NCBI GenBank assembly: GCA_051294375.1
Contig: CM119263.1
Span: 18,190,628-18,254,627 of the forward strand
Length of the DNA: 64,000 nucleotides
Reading direction: 5' to 3'
DNA from: Paraspadella gotoi
Lineage: Eukaryota; Animalia; Chaetognatha
How positions within the stretch are numbered: the stretch's first letter is position 1; each line of letters begins with the position of its first letter. This document shows positions 1 through 12,031 of this stretch, piece after piece. Made by a program: the position numbers and the translations under genes. The notes below the pieces were generated by a model. The model saw nothing but the letters and a program-made list of their open reading frames with translations, was not told the origin of the DNA and made no database searches.

Positions 1-15
1 TCAGCCTATTATCAC

Positions 16-219
16 TAGAGATTCCTTAACCGTTAAAAATTAACGTTATAATAACGGTTTAAAATTTTTTTTAACTTAACCGTAAATTATTTTTTTTTAG
101 CGGTTATTTTTAAAATTTAGCAAAGTTACCTACAACGGTTAAAAAAGGTCAGGTTTTGACGGTTAACCGACTGTTTAGAAAAATAGACGCGTTACAATTT
201 AAAATTAAAACTAACTCTA
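16..219. mobile_element. hAT-type MITE (mirror copy of 15567-15756)
   Basis: TAGAG...CTCTA termini; flanks attatcac (8-15) and attatccac (220-228, one extra base); internal AACCGTTA/TAACGGTT motif repeats. Confidence 0.65.
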
Positions 220-571
220 ATTATCCACTGCTCTCCTGCCAGTCTGCTATTCACATTTATTCAGTTTCGTGACGGACTTAATTGCTTAACCAAACCGATT
301 AAATCCTTGCTAGTCCTGGCACTTTCATTCGTTTAATCCAACTAAAATCGGAAACCGAAATATCCTATAACAATTTCCTCGGTTCAGCGTTTGCTGATTC
401 CACCATTTTTCCTTTCCAAAAACTTCGATAGAAACCTCACAATCCAAACACACTTTCCCCTTTTTTCTTCTTTCTTTTTCAGTTCTTGATTTTTCTCGTG
501 TGAAGAGTTCCGTTGGGAAAAAAATCTCCTGTTGCAAGGTCTATCTCTCTCTCTCTCTATTCCTCTCTGCT

Positions 572-625
<54 letters not shown>

Positions 626-639
626 CTTCTCTCTTTTTC

Positions 640-855
640 TCTCTCTTAATCCCGCTCTCTCCACTTCGGAAAAACGAAAACCGGGTAACAAACAATAAAC
701 AAAACAAATAGAAATTCGCAACGCCCTCTTAAAAGGACCCCTTCCCGGTCTTGTTTTTTGTCTGTCCGCTTAAATTAGGTGCGCCTAATTTCGCCGAAAA
801 ACCAAACCAGTTTCTCTCTCTCTTCTCTTCTCTCTCTCTCTTTTCTCTCTCTCCT

Positions 856-899
<44 letters not shown>

Positions 900-1076
900 C
901 TCTCTTCTTTAATTCCGCTCTCTCCACTTCGAAAACGAAAACCGGGTAAACAAACAAGTAAACAACATTATAGAAATCGCAACGCCCTCTTAAAAGGACC
1001 CCTTCCCGTTTTTGTTTTTTTCGTCTTGTCCGCTTCTTAATTTAGCGAGCGCCTAATTTCGCCGAAAACAAACCAG

Positions 1077-1163
<87 letters not shown>

Positions 1164-1385
1164 TCTCTTCTCTCTTCTCCTCTCTCTTTTCTCTTCTTTA
1201 AATCCCGCTCTTCTCCACTTCGAAAACGAATAACCGGGTCGTAAACAAACAGTAACAAAACAAATTAGAAATTCGCAACGCCCCTCTTAAAAGGACAAAC
1301 CCTTCCCGTCTTTTGTTTTTTTCGTCTGTCCGCTTCTAAATTTAGGGTGCGCCTAATTTGCCGAAAAACAAAAACCAGATCTCCT
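640..1385. repeat. Three tandem copies of a ~270-300 bp unit (unique ~170 bp plus a (CT)n tract)
   Basis: ccacttcgaaaacgaaaaccgggt...aaaaggaccccttccc...ggtgcgcctaatttcgccgaaaa recurs at about 645, 910 and 1200. Confidence 0.9.
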
Positions 1386-1418
1386 CCCCTTCTCTCTTCT
1401 TCTCTCTCTCTCTCTTCT

Positions 1419-1452
<34 letters not shown>

Positions 1453-1831
1453 GGACTTTTGACTACCCTCTTCCTTCCTTTCAGCTCCCAAACTCTGCCC
1501 CTTTGATTTTTTTACTACGTATGGAAACGATGGAATTTTCAATAATTTTACGGTTAAAATAATAATAAAAACGCCATAGATCTTTTAGAACGCCCTTTTG
1601 TGGATTGTGGAATTCCTAAAGACCACTAAGACCATTAACCACACTTTAAACCAAGGGCAACTACCAACGCTTAAACATAACTGTCGTGTATCGACGCCAT
1701 CTCGCACCCGGGAAACTTCGACGAGGGAAGTAAACTTCGCCTTTACAATTTTTTGGTTATTCGCTGAGCATTGTTCAGTGAGGAGGTAGTTTTCAGTTCA
1801 AAGAACCTTCGAAGAGAGAACCCTGAACGTC

Positions 1832-1874
<43 letters not shown>

Positions 1875-3340
1875 TCTTCTCTCTCTCTCTCTCTCTCTCT
1901 TCTCATCCTTCATTTTGACTCACCTTCTTCTTCCATCTTTTCGTTGGGCGCCGACGCTGGCGCCGACGGAACTTCAAGTTGAATCGCTTCTTTGAACTCG
2001 CACTTCATTTTTCTCGCGTTTTTATTTATTTTTTATTTTATTTATTATCTTGTTATAAATCGGCGAATCCTTTAGTAAAAAGTTTAGATTGTCCTTTTAA
2101 TTTATATTTTCCATTCGATCTTGCTTTAAATTTTGTTCCCGGGAATCGCGAAGGCCTCGTTTTGGGATTTTTGGTTAAGACACGCGACCTCAGTGCTCGT
2201 ACGTTTTTATGAAAGTAATTCATCACGTTTTAGGTTTTTATTTTTTCCGATCATTTATTCATTTTGATAAACTTTTTTTTCATATTCCAGAGCGCTTTCG
2301 GCGTTAAGAATAGATTTATGAATAACGTGCAACGAGTTTTTTTTTTCCTTATACAGATTTAATTTATTTTTTTGAATTAATTAATTTTTGCTGGTTGCTT
2401 AGCATTCGTCTTTTATATTCAACTATTGATTGTTACGTTCTCTCTTCAACTTTCTTTACTTTCTTGAAATCGAGAGTTTCCTAACGTATTCATTGCTCTG
2501 GGCGAGGTTTTTCAGAAAATGGGTTTTGTGAAGTCCAGAGGCGGGAGAAAAAATTTAACTTATTCGCAAGGCAATTTTTTTTCTCTTCTCTAGTGAGGAG
2601 AAGTGGGGTTTTACGTATTCTCCAACTTTAATAAATAAGGTTAAATTACGTACGGTAAAACGACACTTCCATTTTATTTTTGCGGTTGCGTCAGTTTGTT
2701 ACCATTTATTAGCGGAGGGTTGTTTGATTTAAAATCTGCAAGTAATTTTTTTTTCATTTTTTTTTGCCGAAATATTTTTTTCCTCTTCCTTTTTATTCTA
2801 CATTTTTGATTTTGGAAGGGCAGCAGAGAGAGAGAAAAAAAACTGAGTGCGACTAAGGAATTCAAGAACCCAACTTTCTTCGTCTTTTTATTGGAAGCCG
2901 CTAAAGATGAAGGAGACGACGATGACGACGACCGAAAGATGATTAAGCCGAAGACGCGACGACGAAGATGTTAGCGGACGATGCCGATGATTTTTTAGCT
3001 GAAGGAGCGGACGACCAAGACGACGACCGTCCTTATTCCTTTCATCCATTTGATGACGAAACGTTATTGACTTTTTTATTTCTTCGTCACAAGAAATATC
3101 ATGTAAATTTTTTTTTCCCAATATTTTTGGGGGGGAAGCGGAGAAAGAGAGAAGCCGAATTTTTGGCGTCGAGAAGCGGGAAAGGAAAAAGGTGAACCGG
3201 TTCGATTGCGACGTGCTTTTGGGACGTGGAGTCGAAACCGTGTCTATCGTCGCCTGGGGATTTGAGAGAGAGAGAAGAGCAGAGTAGAGAGAGAGAGAGA
3301 GAAGAGAGGAGAGAGAGGAGAAGAGAGAAGAAAGAGAGAA

Positions 3341-3381
<41 letters not shown>

Positions 3382-3945
3382 CTTGATTTTTTGGCAAAAT
3401 TTTTTTCATCCTTCTTAGTTTTTCTCGTTTTGGTTCGAAAGGAATTAGGAAACAACAAAGCAAAAAATCGAGAGCCCAAGCAATAACAGGAACTCGAACC
3501 AAATTGGGCTCCAGTTTAAAATAACGAAGAGCTCCTCCGTATTTAACTTGGTTCAACCGAGAAATCTGAAAAACGGGACCCGAAAATTCTGAAAAACTGT
3601 GGGAACTGTTTTACGGTTTTTAACTAATTTGTATGAAATTAGGTCAAGGGGTACACAATATTCACTGACTATGTTTTATTTCCCGATTTAAAATTTTTTA
3701 ATTAAAGCAAACAAACAAGTGTCGAACGTTTTTCAAAAATCTTAAAATCCCTTGTATTTAGTTTTCGTAAAAAAATTTTTTCGTTAGTTTTGGCGTTAAA
3801 AAAAGTCAATAAAAGAATTAAAAGAATTGAAAAAAGGAAAATTAATATTCACCTTAGCGTTTTCGTTACTCAGTAATTCTCTTCTTTCTCTTCTCTCTCT
3901 CTCTCTCTTCTCTCTCTCTCTTCTCCTCTTTCTCTCTCTCTTCTC

Positions 3946-3981
<36 letters not shown>

Positions 3982-5386
3982 CCCCACTCTCACAAAACCC
4001 CGCCCATATTACCGTTTTCTCCAAAACTCGTATAATTATTTCCCACTTCGGGCGCCGAAAAGCGTAATAAAAGAACACCGCCGTTTCTTCTCTCTCAGAG
4101 CGAAAGTCGATGTCAAACATTCGCGTCGCTTGTTTAACGTCGGGAAAAAAAAACGTTCGAAAAGCCACAATTTTCTATCTCTTTTTTTGTTGCGATATTT
4201 GGTTCACAGCGTCACAATTGGGGTCGGTAAAACCATCGCGGAAATTGCGCGTCGATTAAAAGGACCGCCGATTTTTTGGGTGGACGGACGCCGACGTCAC
4301 TTCGCCGTCGACCCAATGAGGATTTCAGCGTCATTTTTTTAAAATTGAAAATCTGAAAACTGAAATCGGAAGAAATTGATGTGTGAAGCGGAGAAGAGGA
4401 GGGAGAGAGAGGAGAGTATGAAGAGAGAGATGATGAGAGGAAGAGAAGAGAGAGAGAGGAGAGAGGAGAGAGCCAGACAGCGAGGGCAAGTCCAGAGGTC
4501 TAAGAGTTTCAGCCCGGATTGTCTCAGTATTTCTTTGTTCCCCTTTTATCAAAATCCATTTCCTTTTTTGACTTTTCAGAATTTAGTTTTTCCAAAAACA
4601 GTTTATGGCAGAATTCCCGGATGCGACGATTTGTCTTTGATCCGCCTCGAATGTGGTCTAGAACCGCGCGAGTTCCGTTTTCGAAAACGGGCGTCGCTTT
4701 GGTTTTTAATTTTTAATTGTTTGTCGTCGTCTCGTCGTCTTTTATTTTTGGACTTGAGATTTTTTATGATTTATTTGGGGAAAATGTACTTTTTGAGTTC
4801 GATATTTTTTTCAAGATGTGATAAGATCGAGTCTAGATTATTTTTATTAAATTGATCGTTCTTTTGATACGAGGGAAAGTTTCAAAAACAATAAAGCAAA
4901 ACCTTAAATGTTATGTCGCTGTTCAGAGGCGTCCGTCGTCGTTGTCTTCGCCATTTCTCTAACGGTCAGCATTCCTATGTAATGAAATTAATCCGTTAAA
5001 ATTATCGAGATTAGAAATTAAATGTAGAAATTTAAAGTCGGATTGCACTTGACCCGATTCTTGCTTTCCGGACATCGCTTGACAGTTGACACTATGTAAC
5101 CCATTGGTCCTTTAGTAATACCGGTAGTTTATTTCGTAAGTTATCATAGATTGTCAAACTATTGAGATAGTAAGTAATTCAGGTAACCACACGGTATTTA
5201 AATTGCCATCAGTTTAACAACCAACCACTTGCTCATTTCTCTGACTCTATTACTTTCTCTTGCAGATGCTTTTTGTTTTAATGCTTGCTTGGCTTCCCTC
5301 TTGCTTGTCCCCGCTGGTAACCTTTAAATCGCCCCGTGACACCTGTTGTCTCTTTCTCATTTGACGACGCGATGTCGCTCTCTCTC

Positions 5387-5456
<70 letters not shown>

Positions 5457-6611
5457 ACTAAAAATTATTCTTATGTCAATTTTAATCGTATTTCATTGTC
5501 TTTGAAAAGATTAAATTGAAAAATAACACGTATCCGTGGCTTTACAACCCCAATTGTTGGAACTCTGGAACTTCCGGTTTACCCTTGATGCGTCCACCTT
5601 AGGCGAAGCCACGCGTCCTCGCCACCTGGCGACGACGGGAGGCGAACGTCGCGAAAGGTTCTCACCCTCGAAATTGCCTGTCATGGAAGATACGTTAAAG
5701 AGTAAGATGAGTAAGGTAGACTGGAAAAGGGCGGCAGAGGATCAGAGCAGAGCAGAGCAGCAGATAGTTTATCATTCGTGTAAATATAAAGATTTCGGCG
5801 ATAAAGTGTGGGACGACGTTGAAGTCATTCTTAGCTCTTAAACCGAAGTACGTTCCAATGGGATGGAAAATGACCGAGTACCGTAAACAAAGTATAAAAA
5901 ATGAATTGGAATAGCATTGCAGCGGGATTTAGACGAGTTGCAGCGAGCAAGTAATATTTTTTTTTTTTAATATAGTTTAAACGAGCGAAAATTACGTTCA
6001 ACCTTAATCATTTTTTATTATCGTGTACGTGTACGAAAAGGCCATAAAACCGTCGTGTCTTCGACCGGTGGCGTTTATTTAGGTTCGTGTAAAACAGGTA
6101 AATCCATATTTTCTCGATATTTACGATCTTATCAATTAACTAGGGAGTGAATTTCGAAAATGAGGATGGAAAAAGACAGTTGACAAAAAAACCCAAACAA
6201 TTAAAACTTGAGGAGTTTCCAAAGTTAAAGAAAAGCGTCGGGAGAGAGGGAGACACGTTTTCGATGGAGACCAGTCAGAAGTTTATTTCACACTCGCAAT
6301 TTGAGAGAGAGAAAGAGAGAGAGAGAGAGAGATGAGAGAAGAGAGATGAGAGGAGAGAGAGAGATGAGAGAGAGAGAGACGAAGAGGAGAGAGAGATGAG
6401 AGAGATGAGTATGAGCGATTGAATTTTAAACGAGGTTATTTCCGACCGAAAAAAATCGATAGGGACGCAAAACAAAAAAGGCAACCCCAACATGGACATT
6501 TGGAACAAACAGTGAAAAAAAAAAGGAATTGTTTTTTTTTTTCCTAGGCCAAACAGTACACAGTTCGACTTTTGCTTTCATAATTCTTTTCGTATGACTT
6601 ATTTTTAAACG

Positions 6612-6685
6612 CTCCTGATCTCCTGATCTCCTGATCTCCTGATCTCCTGATCTCCATCTCTGATCTCCTGAATCTTCCTGATCTC
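6612..6685. repeat. (CTCCTGAT)n 8-mer tandem repeat; mirror copy at about 9745-9803
   Basis: Directly visible in the sequence. Confidence 0.9.
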
Positions 6686-7456
6686 GACTCGAGTCTCTTT
6701 CGCGTCTTCTTGGCGTCGCGTCCCCGTTTACTGGAGACCGCCATGAATTTTTAATGGGGTCGGGATTACGGCGCCAACAACGACGAAGACGTTCCCACGG
6801 CCGACGACGACGATGACGAAAACGCAGATGCCGACGACGACGACATGAATAATGTCCAGGCGATGATGGCCGCGTCGTTAAGGAAATCTTCTCTTCTTTC
6901 GGCCCATTCTCCCTGAGAGTTAATCATCAGCGCCATCTTTGTCCGCTCATTTTTTTTCCGTAACGAAGGCCGTTGTTCATTTATTTATTTCTTCGTCGTA
7001 AATTTTTCATTATCCTTTTTCGGCGATGGCGGCTATTCATTGAGGTTAGTATGGCTCTAAACCCGTTATGTTTCTCAATCTTATTGACAAACTAGAAAAG
7101 AGGGGACAAACGTCTTTCATTTTAAAGCTCAAATTTTTTTTTTCAATATTTTTGTCTAAACTTTTTGAATATTTTTTAAAGAACTTTTACATAAAAAGAT
7201 ATTATTATTAATATCTTCTGAAAGCTCTAGAAAATTTTGAAGAGAATGATATATTTTAAAAAAAATTGTAATATAAAAATAACCTTAACCAGCTTTAATT
7301 TAATCAAGGTAATCAAAAATTGAAATAATAAAAATTTTAATTTTTTTTTCAAATATCTGACCTATTTAAACTATATTTAATTGAACCAATTATTATTATA
7401 TAGGTATCTAACAAAGTTTGGAAATGTTTTTCGTAACGATTTTTTATTAGTATAAG

Positions 7457-7492
7457 GACATGTTTCGACTCTTCATTTCGAGTCTTCATCAG
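7457..7492 (-). ncRNA. Minimal type I hammerhead ribozyme-like motif (PLE type)
   Basis: Minus strand reads CTGATGA-A-GACTC-gaaatgaa-GAGTC-GAAAC-AT-GTC: conserved core, 5-bp stem II, minimal stem III with palindromic CATG, and a GUC cleavage triplet. Stem I pairing is poor. Confidence 0.6.
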
Positions 7493-8031
7493 CAGTTAAT
7501 GATGCATTAACAAATTTGTGTAAAAGAAGGGAGAGAGAGAGAGAGAGAGAGAGAGTGAGAGAGAAAGAGAGAGAGAGGAGAGAGAGGGCCAAAAGTTTCC
7601 AACACAGAGATAGTTGTTAAAGAATGAGTACAGTTTTGAGGTTGAGGACAGATCAGTGTGAAAAGAAGTGAAATGGTCAATTGTTGAAAGAGAGAAGAGG
7701 AGAGAGACAGAAGAGAGAGGGAGAGAGGAGAGCAGAGAGAGAGAAAAACAGGGAGAGACAAAATAATACATTATGTAATGTACAACAAAGAATAATTTTA
7801 AATAATGGTGAATTTAACAATTATCTAGTAATAAATAGATAGTAATGAAAGGAAAGGAAAGTTTTAAATGTTGAAATGATACATTTTTGATGAGGGATAG
7901 ATAAGTGAATGTTAAAGTGAAAAATTAAGAATTAAGATAGAGCTCTTCTCTCTCTCTCTTTCTCTCTCACTCTCTCTCTCTCTCTCTCTCCCTTCTTTTA
8001 CACAAAATTTGTTAATGCAGCATCATTACTG

Positions 8032-8069
8032 CTGATTGAAGACTCGAAATGAAGAGTCGAAAACATGTC
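8032..8069 (+). ncRNA. Second (inverted) hammerhead-like motif, with two single-base insertions
   Basis: ctgattgaagactcgaaatgaagagtcgaaaacatgtc is the reverse-complement counterpart of 7457-7492. Confidence 0.45.
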
Positions 8070-8539
8070 CTTGTATACTAATAAAAGAAATTCGTTGACG
8101 AAAACTTATTTCCAAAACTTTGTTAGTAAATCTCTATACTCAAACGAAGCCCGAAAGATTAACACAATGCGCTATATAGGTATTTCATTAAAAAAGCTTG
8201 AGAAAGACTAAATTAAAATGGTTGAAAATAATTTAATAATTATTTCAAACCTGCTTTTTGGGCAATTTTTAATAGTCGTCGGAAATACGGAAGATCGTGT
8301 AGGGCGTTATATGAGTCTATATCGAGTTTTTGACTCGGGGAAAGCGCTGATTCGCTGTTGGGAGAGTCCCTCGTTAATCGCTCTTATAATCACATTACTT
8401 TATTACTCGGGAACCACAAAAGTCTGGGAAAAGAAAATAAAGCTTCGTCACAGGGGAATATTTTTTTTTTTTTTTTTTTTTACAACAAAATACGATGTGT
8501 GATCATGATCTGATTAATTCCGTTCTCTGGCTCCTACTG

Positions 8540-8589
<50 letters not shown>

Positions 8590-11500
8590 TCTCACTCTCT
8601 CTCTGCTCTCTCTCTCTCTCTCTTCTCTCTCTTCTCTCTACACACACAACACNNNNNNNNNNNNNNNNNNNNNNNNNAGAGAGAGAGAGAGAGAGAGAGG
8701 AAAACAGTAGGAGGCCAGAGACGGAATTAATCAGATCAATGATCACACATCGTATTTTGTTGTAAAAAAGAAAAAAAAAACCTGTGACGAAGCTTAATTT
8801 TCTTTCCCAAGCTTTTTGTGGTTCCCGAAAGTAATAAAGTAATGTGATTAAAAGAGAGCGATTAACGAGGGACCTCTCCAACAGCGAATCCCGAGTCAAA
8901 AACTCGATATAACTCATATAACGCCCTACGATCTCCGTATTTCGACGACTATTAAAAATTGCCAAAAAGCAGGTTTGAAATAATTATTAAATTATTTTCA
9001 ACCATTTTAATTTAGTCTTTCTCAAGCTTTTTTATGATACCTATATAAGAATAATTGGTTCAATTAATATAGTTTAAATAGGTCAGATATTTGAAAAAAA
9101 AATTAAAATTTTATTATTTCAATTTTGATTACCTTGATTAAATTAAAGCTGGTTAAGGTTATTTTTATATTACAATTTTTTTAAATATATCATTCTCTTC
9201 AAATTTTCTAGAGCTTTCAGAAGATATTAATAATAATATCTTTTTATGTAAAAGTTCTTTAAAAAATATTCAAAAAGTTAGACAAAAATATTGAAAAAAA
9301 AAATTTGAGCTTTAAAATGAAAGACGGTTGTCCTCTTTTCTAGTTTGTAAATAAGATTGAGAAACATACGGGTTTAGAGCCATACAACCTCAATGATAGC
9401 CGCCATCGCCGAAAAAGGATAATGAAAAATTTACGACGAAGAATAAATAAATGAACAACGGCCTTCGTTACGAAAAAAATGAGCGGACAAAGATGGCGCT
9501 GATGATTAACTCTCAGGGAGAATGACGCCGAAAGAAGAGAAGATTTCCTTAACGACGCGGCCATCATCGCCTGGACATTATTCATCGTCGTCGTCGTCGG
9601 CATCTGCGTTTTCGTCATCGTCGTCGTCGGCCGTGGGAACGTCTTCGTCGTTGTTGGCGCCGTAATCCCGACCCCATTAAAAATTCATGGCGGTCTCCAG
9701 TAAACCGGACGCGACGCCAAAGAAGACGCGAAAGAGATCGACTCGAGATCAGGAGATCAGGAGATCAGGAGATCAGGAGATCAGGAGATCAGGAGATCAG
9801 GAGCGTTTAAAAATAAGTCATACGAAAAGATTATGAAGCTAAAAAGTCGAACTGCTGGAGAGAAGGAGAGAGAGAGACCGCCGAGAATGGACGAAGAGAG
9901 ATGAGAGAGCCAGAGAAGATCAGACGACGGGGTGAGAGAGAGGACCAATCGACTCGCGAGAGAGAGATCGAGAGAGATGAGATGAGCGATTGAATTTTTA
10001 AAACGATGGTTATTTCCGCCGAAAAAATCGATAGTGGACGCCAAAAACAAAAAGGCAACCCTCCAACATGTGACATTGGGGGGGGAAACCAAAAAACAGG
10101 GTTTGAACAAAAAAAAAAAGGAATTGTTTTTCTTTTTCCCCTAAGGGCCAAACAGTACANNNNNNNNNNNNNNNNNNNNNNNNNNNNNNNNNNNNNNNNN
10201 NNNNNNNNNNNNNNNNNNNNNNNCTCTCTCTCAAATTGCGAGTGTGAATAAACTTCTGACTGGTCTCCATCGAAACGTGTCTCCCTCTCTCCCGACGCTT
10301 TCTTTACTTTGAAACTCTCAAGTTTTATTGTTGGCTTTTTTTGTCAACTGTCTCTTTCCATCCTCATTTTCGAAATTCATTCCCTAGTTAATTGATAAGT
10401 CGTAAATATCGAGAAATATGGATTTACCTGTTTACGAACCTAATAACGCCACCGGTCGAAGCACGACGTTTTATGGCTTTTCGTACACGTACACGATAAT
10501 AAAAAATGATTAAGGTTGGACGTAATTTTCGCTCGTTTTAAACTATATTAAAAAAAAAATATTACTTGCTCGCTGCTACTCGTCTAATCCCGCTGCATGC
10601 TATTCATTCATTTTTTTATACTTTGTTTACGGTACTCGTCATTTTCATCCCATTTGGAACGTACTTCGGTTTAAGAACTAAGAATGACTTCAACGTCGTC
10701 CCACTTTATCGCCGAAATCTTTATATTACACGAACGATAAACTATCTGCTGCTCTGCTCTGCTCTGATCCTCTGCCGCCTTTCCAGTCTACCTTACTCAT
10801 CTTACTCTTTAACGTATCTTCCATGACAGGCAATTTCGAGGGTGAGAACCTTCGGCGACGTTCGCTCCCGTCGTCGCCAGGTGGCGAGGACGCGTGGCTC
10901 GCTAAGGTGACGCATCAAGGGTAAACCGGAAGTTCCAGNNNNNNNNNNNNNNNNNNNNNNNNNNNNNNNNNNNNNNNNNNNNNNNNNNNNNNNNNNNNNN
11001 NNNNNNNNNNNNNNNNNNNNNNNNNNNNNNNNNNNNNNNNNNNNNNNNNNNNNNNNNNNNNNNNNNNNNNNNNNNNNNNNNNNNNNNNNNNNNNNNNNNN
11101 NNNNNNNNNNNNNNNAAAGAGAGAGCGACATCGCGTCGTCAAATGAGAAAGAGACACAGGTGTCACGGGGCGATTTAAAGGTTACCAAGCGGGGAACAAG
11201 CAAGAGGGGAAGCCAAGCAAGCATTAAACAAAAAGCATCTGCAAGAGAAAGTGATAAGTGTCAGAGAAATGAGCAAGTGGTTGGTTGTTAAACTGATGGC
11301 AATTTAAATAACCGTGTGGTTACTGAATTACTTACTATCTCAATAGTTTGACAATCTATGATAACTTACGAAATAAACTACCGGTAATACTAAAGGACCA
11401 ATGGGGTTACATAGTGTCAACTGTCAAGCGATGTCCCGAAAGCAAGAATCGGGTTCAAGTGCAACCGACTTAAATGTCTACATTTAATTTCTAATCTCGA

Positions 11501-11986
11501 TTAATTTTACGGATTAATTTCATTACATAGGAATGCTGACGTTAGAGAAATGGCGAAGAAAAACGACGACGACGCCTTCTGACGCGACATAACATTTAAG
11601 GTTTTGCTTTATTGTTTTTGAAACTTTCCCTTCATAAATCTAGACTCGATCTTATCACATCTTGGAAAAAAATATCGAACTCAAAAGTACATTTTCCCCA
11701 AATAAATCATAAAAATCTCAAGTCCAAAAAAAAAAACGACGACGACGACAAAAATTAAAAATAAAAACAAAGCGACGCCCTGTTTTTGAAACGGAACTCG
11801 GTCCGGTTCTGAGACACATCGAGGCGGATCAAGACAAATCGTCGCATCCGGGAATTCTGCCATAAATCTGTTTTTGGCAACAAATCTGAAAGTCAAAAGG
11901 AATGGATTTTGATAAAAGGGGAACAAAGAAATACTGAGACAATCCGGGCTGAACTCTTAGACCTCTGGACTTGACCCTCGCTGTCT

Positions 11987-12031
<45 letters not shown>

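Larger units (their letters stand above)
7408..8172. mobile_element. Putative non-autonomous Penelope-like element (PLE) insertion with inverted pseudo-LTRs
   Basis: Flanked by the direct repeat TATATAGGTAT (7397-7407 and 8173-8183) and absent from the mirror arm at about 9035-9050. About 7408-7560 is an inverted repeat of about 7945-8126. Each repeat holds a hammerhead-like core followed by AATAAA. The right copy has a ~45-nt unpaired tail. Confidence 0.55.

Noticed and set aside
9479-9705. GC-rich stretch with short frames (MTPKEEKISLTTRPSSPG... or a Val-rich TM-like frame) as a first exon
   Set aside because: The composition is explained by (TCG)n repeats. There is only a weak GTAATC donor and no homology, so the frame cannot be chosen.
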